In this document: one piece after another, positions 1-11,257 of the stretch
How the letters are laid out: every line of letters starts with the position of its first letter
How positions within the stretch are numbered: position 1 is the stretch's first letter
Assembly (NCBI GenBank): GCA_965649825.1
Contig: OZ287696.1
Coordinates: 973,101-1,037,100 of the forward strand
DNA: 64,000 nucleotides
Direction of reading: 5' to 3'
Source of the DNA: Penicillus capitatus
Lineage: Eukaryota; Plantae; Chlorophyta
Translations under genes and position numbers: made by a program
The notes under the pieces: model-generated
Database searches by the model: none
What the model was told of the DNA's origin: nothing
What the model saw: the letters and a program-made list of their open reading frames with translations, nothing else

Positions 1-1230
1 GGACGCCTCTAACGAGCTCCTCGGTGCGAATCTCCTAGCAGATCAACGTCCGTTGATGAGGAGCTCCAGGTGTACCGGTATCATTGCCCGACGACAGCTT
101 CGACGGTCGGTTTACGGCATCTTGTAGCGTGCTTCCCTAAACGGAGACAGTGTTCACTCGGTGTCCAAGTGCCAAACAAATGATGCATGAATACTGTTCA
201 ACGTATCTCTATGCGGTGCTGCCGGCGTTGGGCGGATTCATCGGTTTAGCGACCGAAGGCTGGAATGGCTCGCTCGGAGGCGGTGTCGGTTCTGGCGCCG
301 TGCACAATCTTCCTGCGCACATCAGTCTGCTCTCATACCGTGCCGGGGAGCAGTGGAAGACAGGAACAGTCGGCAGAGGAATCGACACCAGCCACGCCAT
401 CGGCAGGTCTTGCACGACATGCTCACCGCGATCGATCTATCCCAGGTGCCGTCGACGAGCGAGACGAACGCTCCCGCTCCGAGTGCGCCTGAGCCGACAG
501 GTAAGGTTTGGTACAAGGAGTACGCTCGTGTCCCATCTGCATCCGTTCCGCAGAGCTGTGCCGCAATGGAAAGAGAACGGACTGGAAGTTATAATGGCGC
601 CGTCGTTTGCATAAGGCGTGTACGCGTCGACACGCCACCGGGTATAAAGTAGATGAATGACCAGTCTCGGCGTTCACACACACCGAGGCAACGGAATGCG
701 CAACAGCTCCCCTTTCGTGCATCTCTTTCGTCGCGACATTACGCAGATGGTCTTTTATCGAGATGCGCAACATCAGAGGCAGGCAGAAAACGCTCTTTGC
801 GATCTACCACAGATCCGCCTGACTGTAGCAGGCGTTTCCACAGGAGTAAGGGCAATTCGCGTGCCAGTTTCGCGTCGGACAAATCTAAGTCTGTATCAGC
901 ATGACAAAGACCATAGAGAAACGCTACAAAGCAGACAGGCTGGCACTTGTAGAAATGTCGATTCTGACGTCGAATGGGATGCCGCACACGTTTCGCATTC
1001 TTCCCGCGCACAAGCGACTGTCCAACACATCTCGACTTGTAACACAGTGTTCGATGAAATCCTGATGCCAGCGGTGTCAATCGGTCCGCTCCCAAGCACG
1101 CCGCCAACCAGGACCTCAGAACCGCTAGAGCACTACTGCACAGATAAACGAATAAACGAATACGGCGACTCCACCTTGCGTCTCTTGCAGATCTCTAACC
1201 AGTTCGGCGGGACACTACTTCCCCGCGTTT
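1..1230 (-). pseudogene. Decayed copy 1 of an unknown gene ('gene X'), paralogous to ~10075-10930
   Basis: 1-150 aligns by eye to 10080-10230 (e.g. ctctaacga.ctcctcggtg.gaat; gagctccaggtgta) with patchy similarity to ~900. The shared reading frame VNRPSK.SS..D..TPGA.HQRT.IC is interrupted by a stop here. Right boundary is approximate. Confidence 0.35.
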
Positions 1231-1449
1231 AATTCGCCGCTGAAGCGCGACGAGCTCGAAATTGAGAAACGATGCTGCAGTATGGACTGACTGGAACGTG
1301 GTTTCTTCGCGATCACCACCTCTAGGCCTTTCGCTGCGTTTCTATCCTGTCGCCTTCCCCGCAGCACGAGCTCCAAACGCTCGGGATATCTGCCCATCTT
1401 TCCTCTGTCGTTTGGATGGTGGCTTGGAAGTCATCGTCTCCATCTTATG

Positions 1450-2190
1450 CGACAAAGCGGTGCCAGGATAGATAACGAGGCCGTTGCGCAGCGACACTCT
1501 AAGCCGACCATCGGCACGCCGCCGCAGGACCGATCCGTTGCTAGACAACTTCCGTTCGGTCCGCTCTCCGCAGCATGCACCTCCAGAGTCGTCTGCGGTG
1601 CTGCAGAGGACATCTCAACGCGACACAGGGAGCTGCCGGACAGACTACTAGCCGCTCAAGAGCATGAAACGGTAACACCGCGGTCTGAGGACAAGTTCGG
1701 CCATATCTGAATCTCCCGGGAACGCAAACCCAAATCCGTCTTCACCTCATGGCGGTCTATAGAAGAGAGGCCGTCTTCTTCGTGTGTCTGTGCCGCTTTC
1801 AGCGTGTCGACAAACATCACATGGCGGCGGCAACGCACAGGGCCGAGTGCCAGACGCGAGGCGAGGCGGAGATCAAGTCGAGATTGAAGCTCTCACATAT
1901 CGCCCAGCTCTACACGCGTATCACACTGCCAGTAGACCTGCCGCAAGATATGCGAGGTCGGCATTTGCTTCCAGTAGGAACCCAGGATCAATGTGGACGG
2001 CCGCGATTTGATCTCGAAGACGCGTTCCTCCAAAGAGATGTGCGAGTATCGATCCAAACGTGTTCAGCTGCCGTGCCGAGGTCAGAAAGAGAGAATCCAG
2101 CTCGAACGGGTCTTCGACCACCCGTGGGTCGAGAGACATGCGGATCCCTCGCGGCTTCTGCGACTCAAGGATATCTATAGAACTAGGAGA
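1450..2190 (+). pseudogene. Aurora kinase pseudogene, an internally deleted duplicate of 15044-16321
   Basis: Matches to the intact gene include aagttcgg.ca, cccgggaacgcaa..ccaaat, gagtgcca.a..cgacgcgagg, gatgtggacggcc..gat.tgatctcgaag and gaccacccgtgggt.ga.agacatgcggatcc. The HRD/DFG/APE region is missing, and there are frameshifts and stops. Confidence 0.75.
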
Positions 2191-2289
2191 GCGTCGACCG
2201 GCTTGAATTCATCGAAGACACGTGGATGCAGTCCTGACGTCGGTGGTCCCTTGTGCCGAGTCAAGAACGAAACGTTTTTTGTCTTGTGA

Positions 2290-3480
2290 CAAGTTTTGTT
2301 AGGGGTGGTAGTGTCCGTCAGCAGACAGCGCCTTCGGTCGATGCTCATTCGGCCTCTATGTTGGCGGGGTCTCCGACGTCAGAGACGTCCACCATCCAGG
2401 AGGCCTCTCGGCGTTGTACCTCTGCGACAGCTCTTCAATGTCTACGGAGTCTTGTCGAGTCACTCCCATCGCTCGCGGCAGCTTCGTCGTCCCTTGCTGT
2501 CTCCGACGATTGATGCATCGGTTCCACCAAAGAATGTGCTGCGCACGAAGGATGCTGTGGAGCAGACGCATCTTCCAGTTGAGTCGAGTGACCGGCAGGG
2601 ACGTCAGAGAAGAGCACAGGGCAAAGGCCTTGACTGGTGAACAGCGCCGTCGCGAAACGCCATTTTTTACCGTTCTTGCTTCCAAGGCAATCGGAGGATA
2701 CCTGCTAGACTGAGATGCCCCTCACTGTCAGAGACCGAATCGTCTGATGCTTCACGGTCCGCGTTGCTTGCTCGACGTTCCGTGGTTCTGTCCTCCGTCG
2801 AGGCATCTCTATGTATCACGTCTTCGGTCAATGCAATCAGGTCAGCTTCCCTTGCGATTTCAAGCACCAGATAGTCGGCTGAGTTATCAGCGCTCTCACT
2901 TCTAGGAAAACTACTCGAACGATGCCGCAGTGGACCGACAGTCGACGAGTCTTCCATAAGCGCCATAACCCTCTCGTCGTGCTGTGCGACTGCGACCGTG
3001 AATGGATGTGCCTTTCGACACGAGTCGTCGTTCCGTGTAAACAAACACTATTACATGACGGTACGTATATAGAAAGCCGATGCCCCACAAAATCCCTCTC
3101 CGCCAAAAGCGTCGAATCCAGCATACAGACGCGGGGTTCCCCGGAGAAACACACCTCCAGTAACTCTGTCGGCAGCGGCTTTCGTCACGTGACAATGCAT
3201 CGTCACTTGAGGCGAACGCGTCCGAAAGAGGACAGCACATGCTAGATGCCACAGAATCTTCCTCTAAAGACGGCTGCCGGTCCGAGAACTGCAACACCGA
3301 CTGCAGTCGAGAACAGACTCGATCTGGCCTACTTTAGCTTCGCCGCACACGTCCTTCGGCCAGAGAGAGACATCTGACCGCTTCACCTGCGTACAGTCGT
3401 CAGTCGACCGTGATCGTCCGAACTCTCTGTCATCCGGCTTGCGTTCGGCGCAATTCGCTGGCTGAAGCACCACAGCTGGA
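2290..3480 (-). pseudogene. Decayed duplicate of the 3' part of the C2CD3-like gene (16487-17300)
   Basis: Shared peptides: DSVDI(D/E)EL...YN(V/A)ERRPGWW.SL.SETP and DLEI/DISKTADL...TE.VIHRD. The ORF is broken into pieces (2356-2685, 2667-3044). Similarity is weak beyond ~3100. Confidence 0.65.
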
Positions 3481-4201
3481 TCCAGATCTCTAGAAGCACT
3501 CTTTTCAAGGATCCGTCGTTTCTCATACTTTTTGTCAGAAATAGTCGTCAGTGGCTACACAGACAGACGAGTCTGTGAGGCCGATGTAAGACGCGATAGG
3601 ATTTCGTTTGCCGGAGCGACCGGCGACTTCCGAAACACTCGACGCTTTGCGCGAACGCGAACTGAAACGGCGACTCCGCCGCCGACTGGTTGTCGCAGAA
3701 GGCCGGCCGTTCTGTTCCGCCTTCCATGTTCGAGGGAGTTAGGGCCAACGGCAACTCTTCGAACCGATTCGCGTTACACCGCGAAGAACGCTCTCTCGAC
3801 GGCGTTTGCGACGGAAACGCCCGAAACAGACGGCCGTCCAGACGCACAGTCCGTTCCGCTCCTGCGAAAGAGAACGCCCGCCGCGTTCCTCTGCTCAGGC
3901 AACGCGGAGCTGGCTCGAGCGGTTGGCCGTTCGGAGAATCGCGTCGGAACAGCCGCAGAGAACGCATGCGCGTTACACTCAGAGAGGTGCATGCCGACAA
4001 ACTATAAGGAATCTCCTCTGTAAAACACTTAGAAAAGCTTCCAGAAGTGCTCTCCCTTTCGCGACGCGCATCCCGACGACAGTACTCTGCGCTTCTAGAG
4101 GTCTGGCGGCCGATCGTTTGTCCGGCGGCGCATTCAGCGCCGCCAAACGGTCACGGTTCCCAGCCGCCACCCGCAGGCCGCGCTCGGCAACCGAGGCGGC
4201 C

Positions 4202-4207
4202 TATAAA
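4202..4207 (+). promoter_or_regulatory. Putative TATA box of the Pro-rich gene
   Basis: TATAAA in a GC-rich context, 86 nt upstream of the ATG at 4288. Confidence 0.45.
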
Positions 4208-4287
4208 GGTCCTGTCACAGACCCTTCCGCACTGTCGAGTTGTTCGAACTCCGTCGTGTTTTCCAGAGCTCAAGAGAAGAAGAAGAT

Positions 4288-5463
4288 ATGGCCGACGCAC
4301 GCATGTTCACAGAAGAGGACTACGGATATCCTGACAGACCGTAAGTCCTGCGGCCATTCGTCGACGCGTCGCGCGCTGCAGAGCCTTTCGACTGCGGCTG
4401 GACACTCTCCATGAACACGCATGTGTCCGGCTGCAGTCGAGAAGCTCTGCAGCGCGCGACGTTTCGACGAACTCTTCTTCGACTGATCTCTAACCATTTT
4501 GTGTTCCCAGCTTCGACCAGGTTACGTTAAGGGAGGTCCTGGGAAGTCACCCGCCCAGGGCCTTCGAGAGGTTGGACGAGGCCGCGCGTAGGGAGTTGTA
4601 TTGGGATTTAAAATCCCGATCAACTGCCCAGAGGGGTCAGGCGCACATCGATGCGCAGACCCCTCCTGTGCGGTTTGGACCCAATAGGGTCCAAACCCCA
4701 CAGCCGCGGCCTGTGCGGCGGGCGAGGGTCCTGTCCTCTGAGGACAGGAGAGCGCGGTTGGCCCAACAGGGCCAGCCTGCTGCTCCTCCGCCCCCTGCGC
4801 AGCCTGCACCTCCAACACCTGCAGTCTCCCAGACACAGGCATCGCCGCCGCCGCCGCCAGCCGAGGATCCAGTTGCTTCTCCACAGGGCCAGCCGGCCTC
4901 TCCGTCGCCAGCAGCATCCCAGACGAGCGTGCCGCCGCCCATGGAGTGGTCACCAGTGTCGCCAGCTGCTTCGCATGCCCACCCTGCTGCGCCGCCTCCG
5001 GCATCATCACAGCCGCCGAGCCCCGTCACCATGGAGTGGTCCGCCTGTCCCTGCCCTCAGCCATCCGCGACCATGTCCCATCCCAGCACCCAGCCCACCA
5101 AGCCGCCGCTCTTCCCCGCTCGCCCGCAGGTGTTTTGCATACCCGCGTCCCCTCCTCCTATCATCCCCTCCCGCCTGTTCAAGTTTTCCTTCCCGTTTTG
5201 CCCTCCTCCCTTCCCTCTACGCACTTCTGTGTTTTCTTTTCCCTCTCCACCTCCAATTCCCCCGCGGCCCTTCATCTTCTCTGTGAGGTATCCTGGCATA
5301 CCTCCCCGACCTTATTTCTTATCTGGCGAGTGTGTGAGACTGGGTCCTGCAATCCCTGAGCGACTTTTCTTCCTTTCGGGAGAATGTGTAAGTCACTTTA
5401 TTCTTCTTTCTCTCTCCTAACGAGTTCTCTGTGTAGGTTTATCTCAAAGATTGGTCAGTTTGA
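4288..5463 (+). CDS. Unknown proline-rich protein, 3 exons (4288-4340, 4511-5387, 5437-5463)
   Basis: Exon 1 MADARMFTEEDYGYPDRP splices in frame (GTAAGT...CTAAC...CCCAG, phase 2) into ORF 4572-5420. A second GTAAGT...CTAAC...TGTAG intron gives the C-terminus VYLKDWSV*. No recognisable domain. Confidence 0.65.
4357..4471. ncRNA. Long intronic inverted repeat (49-bp arms, 17-nt loop), pre-miRNA/hairpin-RNA-like
   Basis: 4357-4405 versus the reverse complement of 4423-4471 differ at 6 of 49 positions, and 3 of these are G-U compatible. The small-RNA identity is inference. Confidence 0.45.
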
Positions 5464-5500
5464 GGGCCTCTCTCTTTGATGCTGTTTTCTTTTGTGGGAC

Positions 5501-5530
5501 AAAAAATTAAAAAAAAAAAAAAAACAAAAA
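5501..5530 (+). repeat. A-rich homopolymeric tract just downstream of the Pro-rich gene
   Basis: aaaaaattaaaaaaaaaaaaaaaacaaaaa. Confidence 0.8.
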
Positions 5531-5739
5531 GATGTTGGGGCTGTTTTCCTTTCTTGCTGTTTTGCCATTCCACCTTCGCTTTGTTGTGGATGGCTGTGTT
5601 TGCTGTTTTCACATGGGCCGTCGTAAGATCATCAGTTTTTTGAAACATGGAGGGTGTTGTTTACTGATCTGCTGTTTTGGTCGCCCTGGGCTGGAGTATC
5701 CGATCTGCCGCGTCTGATTTGGTGTTTCATTGACAAGAG

Positions 5740-8700
5740 ACCGCTGCCCTGTCTCACCCGCTGCTGTGCTGACTGGAGGATGCCCTCTCTCACCTGGTGC
5801 TGTGCTACTGGAGCTTTCCTATCTCACCTGCTGCTATGCTCACTGGAGGCTGCCGTTTCTCACCTGCCGCTGTGCTGCCCGGAGGCTGCCATGTATCACC
5901 TGCTGCTGTGCTACTAGAGGCTGCCATATATCACCTGCTGCTGTGCCACTGGAGGCTGCCCTATCTCACCTGCTGCCTGACTGCCACTGGAGGATGCTCT
6001 AACTTACCTGCTGCCGTGCTACCGGAGGCTGCCCTGTCTCACCCGCTGCTGTGCTGACTGGAGGATGCCCTCTCTCACCTGGTGCTGTGCTACTGGAGCT
6101 TTCCTATCTCACCTGCTGCTATGCTCACTGGAGGCTGCCGTTTCTCACCTGCTGCTATGCTCACTGGAGGCTGCCGTTTCTCACCTGCCGCTGTGCTACT
6201 AGAGGCTGCCATATATCACCTGCTGCTGTGCCACTGGAGGCTGCCCTATCTCACCTGCTGCCTGACTGCCACTGGAGGATGCTCTAACTTACCTGCTGCT
6301 GTGCCACTGGAGGCTGCCCTATCTCACCTGCTGCCTGACTGCCACTGGAGGATGCCCTGTCTCACCTGCTGCCTGACTGCCACTGGAGGCTGCCCTATCT
6401 CACCTGCTGCCTGACTGCCACTGGAGGATGCCCTATCTCACCTGCTGCCGTGTTACCCGGAGGATGCCCTATCTCACCTGCTGCCGTGTTACCCGGAGGA
6501 TGCCCTGTCTCAGCTGCTGCCCGGAGGATGCCCTGTCTCACCTGCTTTCTGCTGCCCAGAAGATGCCATCTGTCGATCTTCCCGTGCGGAGCTGTCGTGT
6601 CCGATCTTCTTCTCTTACCGCCTGGAGACTGGAGCGTCCTAACATGCCGTCTGCTCATCGAACGCTACCGAGTCTCTCTACCTGGTTCCTTGCCGACTGG
6701 AGGCTGCAGTTCTTTCTTTCTACCGTCTGCTGCCTGGAGACTCCCTGGTTTGTCTACCTGCTGCGTGGTGTGGATGGAGGCCGCAGTCGATCTCGTTCTA
6801 CCTGCGACATCGCTGCCCAGAGGCCACAGTCGTTCTGCATGCTGCCTTGATGTGAATGGGGGGCGCAGTCGCCATACATGCCGCATTGCCGTAAAAGTCC
6901 GTGGTCGTTCTACCTGCTGCCGTACTGAACTGAAGATGAGGAGTCTGTCTACCTGGCGACTTACCATGGATGCAAGGTGACAGTCGCCTTCACTGTTGCC
7001 TTGCAGTCAGTGGATTCCGCAGTAATTCTACCTGCGACCGCGATGTTCGGAGGCCACAGTCGTTCTGCATGCTGCCTTGATGTGAATGGAGGCCGCAGTC
7101 TACCTACCTGCTGCCTTGCCGAGATGCGAGGCGGCTGTCGAAATACCTGCCATCGTGAAGACAACTGGAGGCGGCAAGCGCCCTACTTGCCGCAGGCGAT
7201 CACCAGGAGCCGCAGTCGCCATACTTGCGGCATCGTTCTCTGGACGACGCAATCGCCCTACTTGCTGCCTCGCCGTGGATGCGAGGCGGCTGTCGACATA
7301 CATGCCGCCTCGAAGACAACTGGAGGCGGCTATTGTCCTACTTGCCGCAGACGATCATCAGAAGCTGCAGTCGACATACCAGCCGCCTCGACGACAACTG
7401 GAGGCGGCTATTGTCCTACTTGCCGCAGACGATCATCAGAAGCTGCAGTCGACATACCTGCCTCCTCGAAGACAACTGGAGGCTGCAGTCGCCTATTGTG
7501 CTGCCTCGCCGTAAATGCGAGGCGGCGGATGCCATACCTGCCTACTCGACGACAACTGGAGGCGGCTCTCGTCCTACATGCCGCAGACGATCATTGGAGG
7601 CCGCAGTCGACCTACTTGCTGCCTCGCCGTGGATGCGAGGCGGCGGATGCCCTACCCTGCCTCCGTGACGACAACTGGAGGTGGCTATCTTTCTACCTGC
7701 CGCAAACGATCATCGGCGGCCGCAATCGCCCTACTTGCTGCCTCGCCGTGGATGCGAGGCGGCTGTCGACATACATGCCGCCTCAAAGACAACTGGAGGC
7801 GGCAGTCGACTTACTTGCCGCCCCGCCGTGGATGCGAGGCGGCGGACGACTTACCTGTTCTGTCGCCGCTATAAAGCCGCTGTCCCCCTACTTGCTGCCT
7901 CGCCGCATATGTGAGGCGGTGTATGCCTTGCCCTGCCTCCGTGAGGACAACTGGAGGCGGCAGGCGTCTAACTTGCCGCCTCGCCGTGGATGCGAGGCGG
8001 CTGACGCCTTACCCTGCCTCCGTAAACACAACTGGAGGCGGCAGGCGTCCTACTTGTTGCAGACGATCTCTGGAGGCCTCAGTCGACCTACTTGCCGCAT
8101 CGCCGTGGATGCGAGGCGGCGGATGCCTTACCTGCCTCATCGAAGACAACTAGAGGCGGCTGTCGTCTTACTTGCCACAGATGACAACTGGAGGCGTCAG
8201 ACGTCCTACTTGCCGCCTCGCCGTGGATGCGAGGCGGCAGATGCCTTACCTGCCGCAGACAACAACTGGAGGCGGCTCTCGTCCTACTTGCCGCAGTCGA
8301 TCTATCTGCTGCCTCGCCTTGGATGCAAGGTGGCTGTCGACTTACATGCCTCCATAAAGAAGACTGGAGGCTGCAGTCGTTGTACCTGCTGCCTCGCCGT
8401 GGATGCGAGGCGGCGGATGCCTTACTTGCCGCAGACGACTACTGGAGGCGGCAGGCGCCCTATTTGCCTTGACGATCATTGAAGGCCGCAGTCGCAATAC
8501 CTGCGGCATCGCTGCCTTGAGGACGCAGACGTCCACTTGCTGCCTCGCCGTGGATGCGAGGCGGCGGTCGTCCGACCTGTTGCGTCGCCGCCAAGATGCC
8601 TCAGTCGACTTACCTGCTGCCTCGCCGTGGATACGAGGCGGCGGATTCTCTAATTGCTGCCTCGACGACAACTCGAGTCGTCTCTCGTCCTTTCTGCTGC

Positions 8701-9262
8701 AGACGATCATCGGCAGCCGCCGTCGACCTACTTGCTGCCTCGCCTTGGATGCGAGGCGGCTGTCGACATACCTATTCCGTCGCCGCCAAGAAGCCGCAGT
8801 TGCTATACTTGCTGCCTCGCCTTAGATGCGAGGCGGCGGTCGTCCGACCTGTTCGGTCGCCGTCAAGATGCCGCAGTCGACTTACCTGCTGCCTCGCCGT
8901 GGATGCGAGGCGGCGGATTCTCTAATTGCTGCCTCGACGACAACTGGAGGCGGCAGGCGCCCTATTTGCCGCTGTCGCCTTACTCGCTGCCTCGCCGCAT
9001 ATGCGAGGCGGCGGATGCCTTACCTGCTGCTGCCTTGACGACAACTGGATGCGGCAGTCGTCTCCTTGCCGCAGACGATCATCGGCGGCCGTAATCGCCC
9101 TACTTGCTGCCTCGCCGTGGATGCGAGGCGGCGGATGCTCTACCTGCTGCCGTGAAGACAACTGGAGGCGGCAGGAGCCCTACCTGCCTCGAACACGATC
9201 ATTGGACGCTAAGGTCGTCCTACCCTGTCGCCTTGCCGAGATGCGAGGCGGCTGTGGCCGAC
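5740..9262. repeat. Complex ~35-40 bp GC-rich satellite with higher-order structure and palindromic monomers
   Basis: Left part: ctcacctgctgc.gtgc.actggaggctgcc.tat, with a 285-bp block repeated (5746 versus 6031). Right part: interleaved variants cctacttgctgcctcgccgtggatgcgaggcggc, ..tgccgcctcga.gacaactggaggcggc and cctacttgccgcagacgatcattggaggccgcagtcg. Confidence 0.9.
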
Positions 9263-9399
9263 TGCAAGTTCTCTTTTCGTGATTTTGCATCTCATTACTC
9301 TTTCTCTGCAGACTCTGTTGCGTGGTGCATTTTGTCCTTCGCGAATCACTGTTCTATCAGTGTTTCTATCGACATTACACTTTTTTAAAGGAATGAATG

Positions 9400-11228
9400 A
9401 CATTTTTACAAGCGTTGTAAACAGTCGAGTTCCATTCCTTTATCATTTATCGAGCGCGAGTTACGTTTTGACGACGGAACGTTATTTGTGGACGCCTTCC
9501 TGACTGTTGCCGAGAACGTTGTTCAGGCGCGTTTTGTTGTGAAGCTTGTTACCATCTGCTGGGAGATTCCTGGGGACAGACGAAGACGACGGCTACTCCG
9601 TTCAGGCACCGTCGACCTGGGTTCCGAAACTCAGCAAGCACATCGCACCGTGCGACCGCGATAAATTGCTCAACCCTATCGTGAGTCGCACTGCTGCCGG
9701 TCTGTAACACTGCGATGTTGCGCTTTTGCCGAGAAGCTTGCACTCGAGTACCTGGTGTTCGTACAGTGTCCGAAATCTTGAAGCGTGCCTGCTGATGTGA
9801 ATCGACTCGTGGCGGCTGCGTCGACGAAGTGGTGACGGGAGAGTGCAGACGAGAAGCCATTTGCTATGCCGGTCTCTTAAGCAATCACAACTCACCTTGT
9901 CAGCTTGCAAGTCGATTCGAACCGGCGCAGATCTGACGTCTATCAGTGCGAGCGATGATGGCACGGGCGCCCAAGGCAAAACAGAAGGCCGCTGCTGGTC
10001 GATATATAACGGGCGATGACTCGTCGAGGAAAGAGCTTCGCAAATCGCATATCTGTTTCTGTTCGAAAAATCTGTCCGAGATGTCTCTAACGACCTCCTC
10101 GGTGTGAATACCTTGGCAGATCGACGTCCGCTGATGAAAAGCTCCAGGTGTATCGACATCTTTGCTCGATGACGACTTCGACGGCCGATTCACGGCGTCT
10201 TGTGACGCGTGTTATTAGACGGAAGCAGTGTTCATTTGGTGTCACAGTCTCAAACGATGTATGTTTCCTCTAGGCCTCTGACGTATTACTATCTATTGAA
10301 ATCATCACAAGGTATGCAGTCTGTATTCATCGCCCGTCCGCTCTATCTGTTCCGACAGCCGTCGATCGAGAGAAAGAGTCGAAAAGCGTGTCGCAGGACT
10401 TGCGTCCCGTTCGGCATCGAATGGAGAATACAAGCGGTCGTCTTCGTCTTGGTTTCGTCTTTTGGCAAGGGGCCGCAAAGAACAAGGGTGTCTTCCACCG
10501 CGAGAGAACAGTTGAGAGTGTTAGACAGAAGCGTTATAGTTGGTTGTTGTTCTGCCCTCTGCGTTGGCTGGAGGTCGATCTGTGGCAAGCGGGATCCGTC
10601 TACGAGGTAGCCCATCTGTCCTCCATGCATCCAGACAACCAATTCAGCTCCACCTGAGCCCACGCGCTCGTCGTCCATGCGATGCTGTTGTCGGCTCAGA
10701 TCATTCTGCCACGTCGCATATCAAACTCTGCTTGTGCTTTCTCTTCGTCACGTTTCCGCAGAGCAGCTTCTCTGCCAAGACCAACTCGGCCCGCTCCACC
10801 AGATCCGACGCTTCGCTGTCGACAGATCTACTCGCCGGGACATGGAACGGCGTTTCCCCGCTTTCCCTCTGCCTCCGAACCCGGGGCGCGAATTTCTCTT
10901 CCGTGTACGTTTCGTTCGCGTCACCGATGACCCACTGATCCGGACAGCGCATCCAGGTTGGCTGTCTCGCCTTTCTCGTGACCCTCTTCTCTGGCGCCGC
11001 CGCGACGCCCAACGCGGTCGAAACGGCGCCATCCCTCTCTGCTGTCTCCACTGGACGCGATTTCGCATGGGCGCTGTCGGTGAACTCTACATCCTCGAAG
11101 AATCGACTCGCTTCCGCCAGCTCCATCAGCGATGTCACCATCTCCCTCTCTTCATCAGTGATGACCGCGACGGGAATCGGATCTTGCCGGAACATCTGAA
11201 GTCTAGCATCATGTGGGGTGGCAATCAT
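9400..11228 (-). pseudogene. Copy 2 of unknown 'gene X', the most ORF-like copy but apparently frameshifted
   Basis: ORF pieces 10701-11228, 10343-10678, 9900-10193 and 9549-9860. It shares LAE..DVE...AH with ORF 14699-15031 and C(D/E)VL(A/S)EFRN...G..V..(V/I)C with ~14100-14180. Confidence 0.4.
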
Positions 11229-11257
11229 TTAGAGACAGCGAACACTGTTCTTTCGAC

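Noticed and set aside
7100-9262. CRISPR-like array (palindromic repeats with intervening sequence)
   Set aside because: The intervening sequences are themselves related repeat monomers, not unique spacers. There are no cas genes and the context is eukaryotic.
5730-9282. Many long Cys/Arg-rich ORFs over the satellite (e.g. 6977-8482, 501 aa)
   Set aside because: All three frames are open, and monomers of 35-40 bp shift frame constantly. This is a by-product of a stop-poor repeat.
9905-9935. GGTTCGAATC T-loop-like motif on the minus strand
   Set aside because: The flanks cannot form a T-stem or cloverleaf, so it is not a tRNA.
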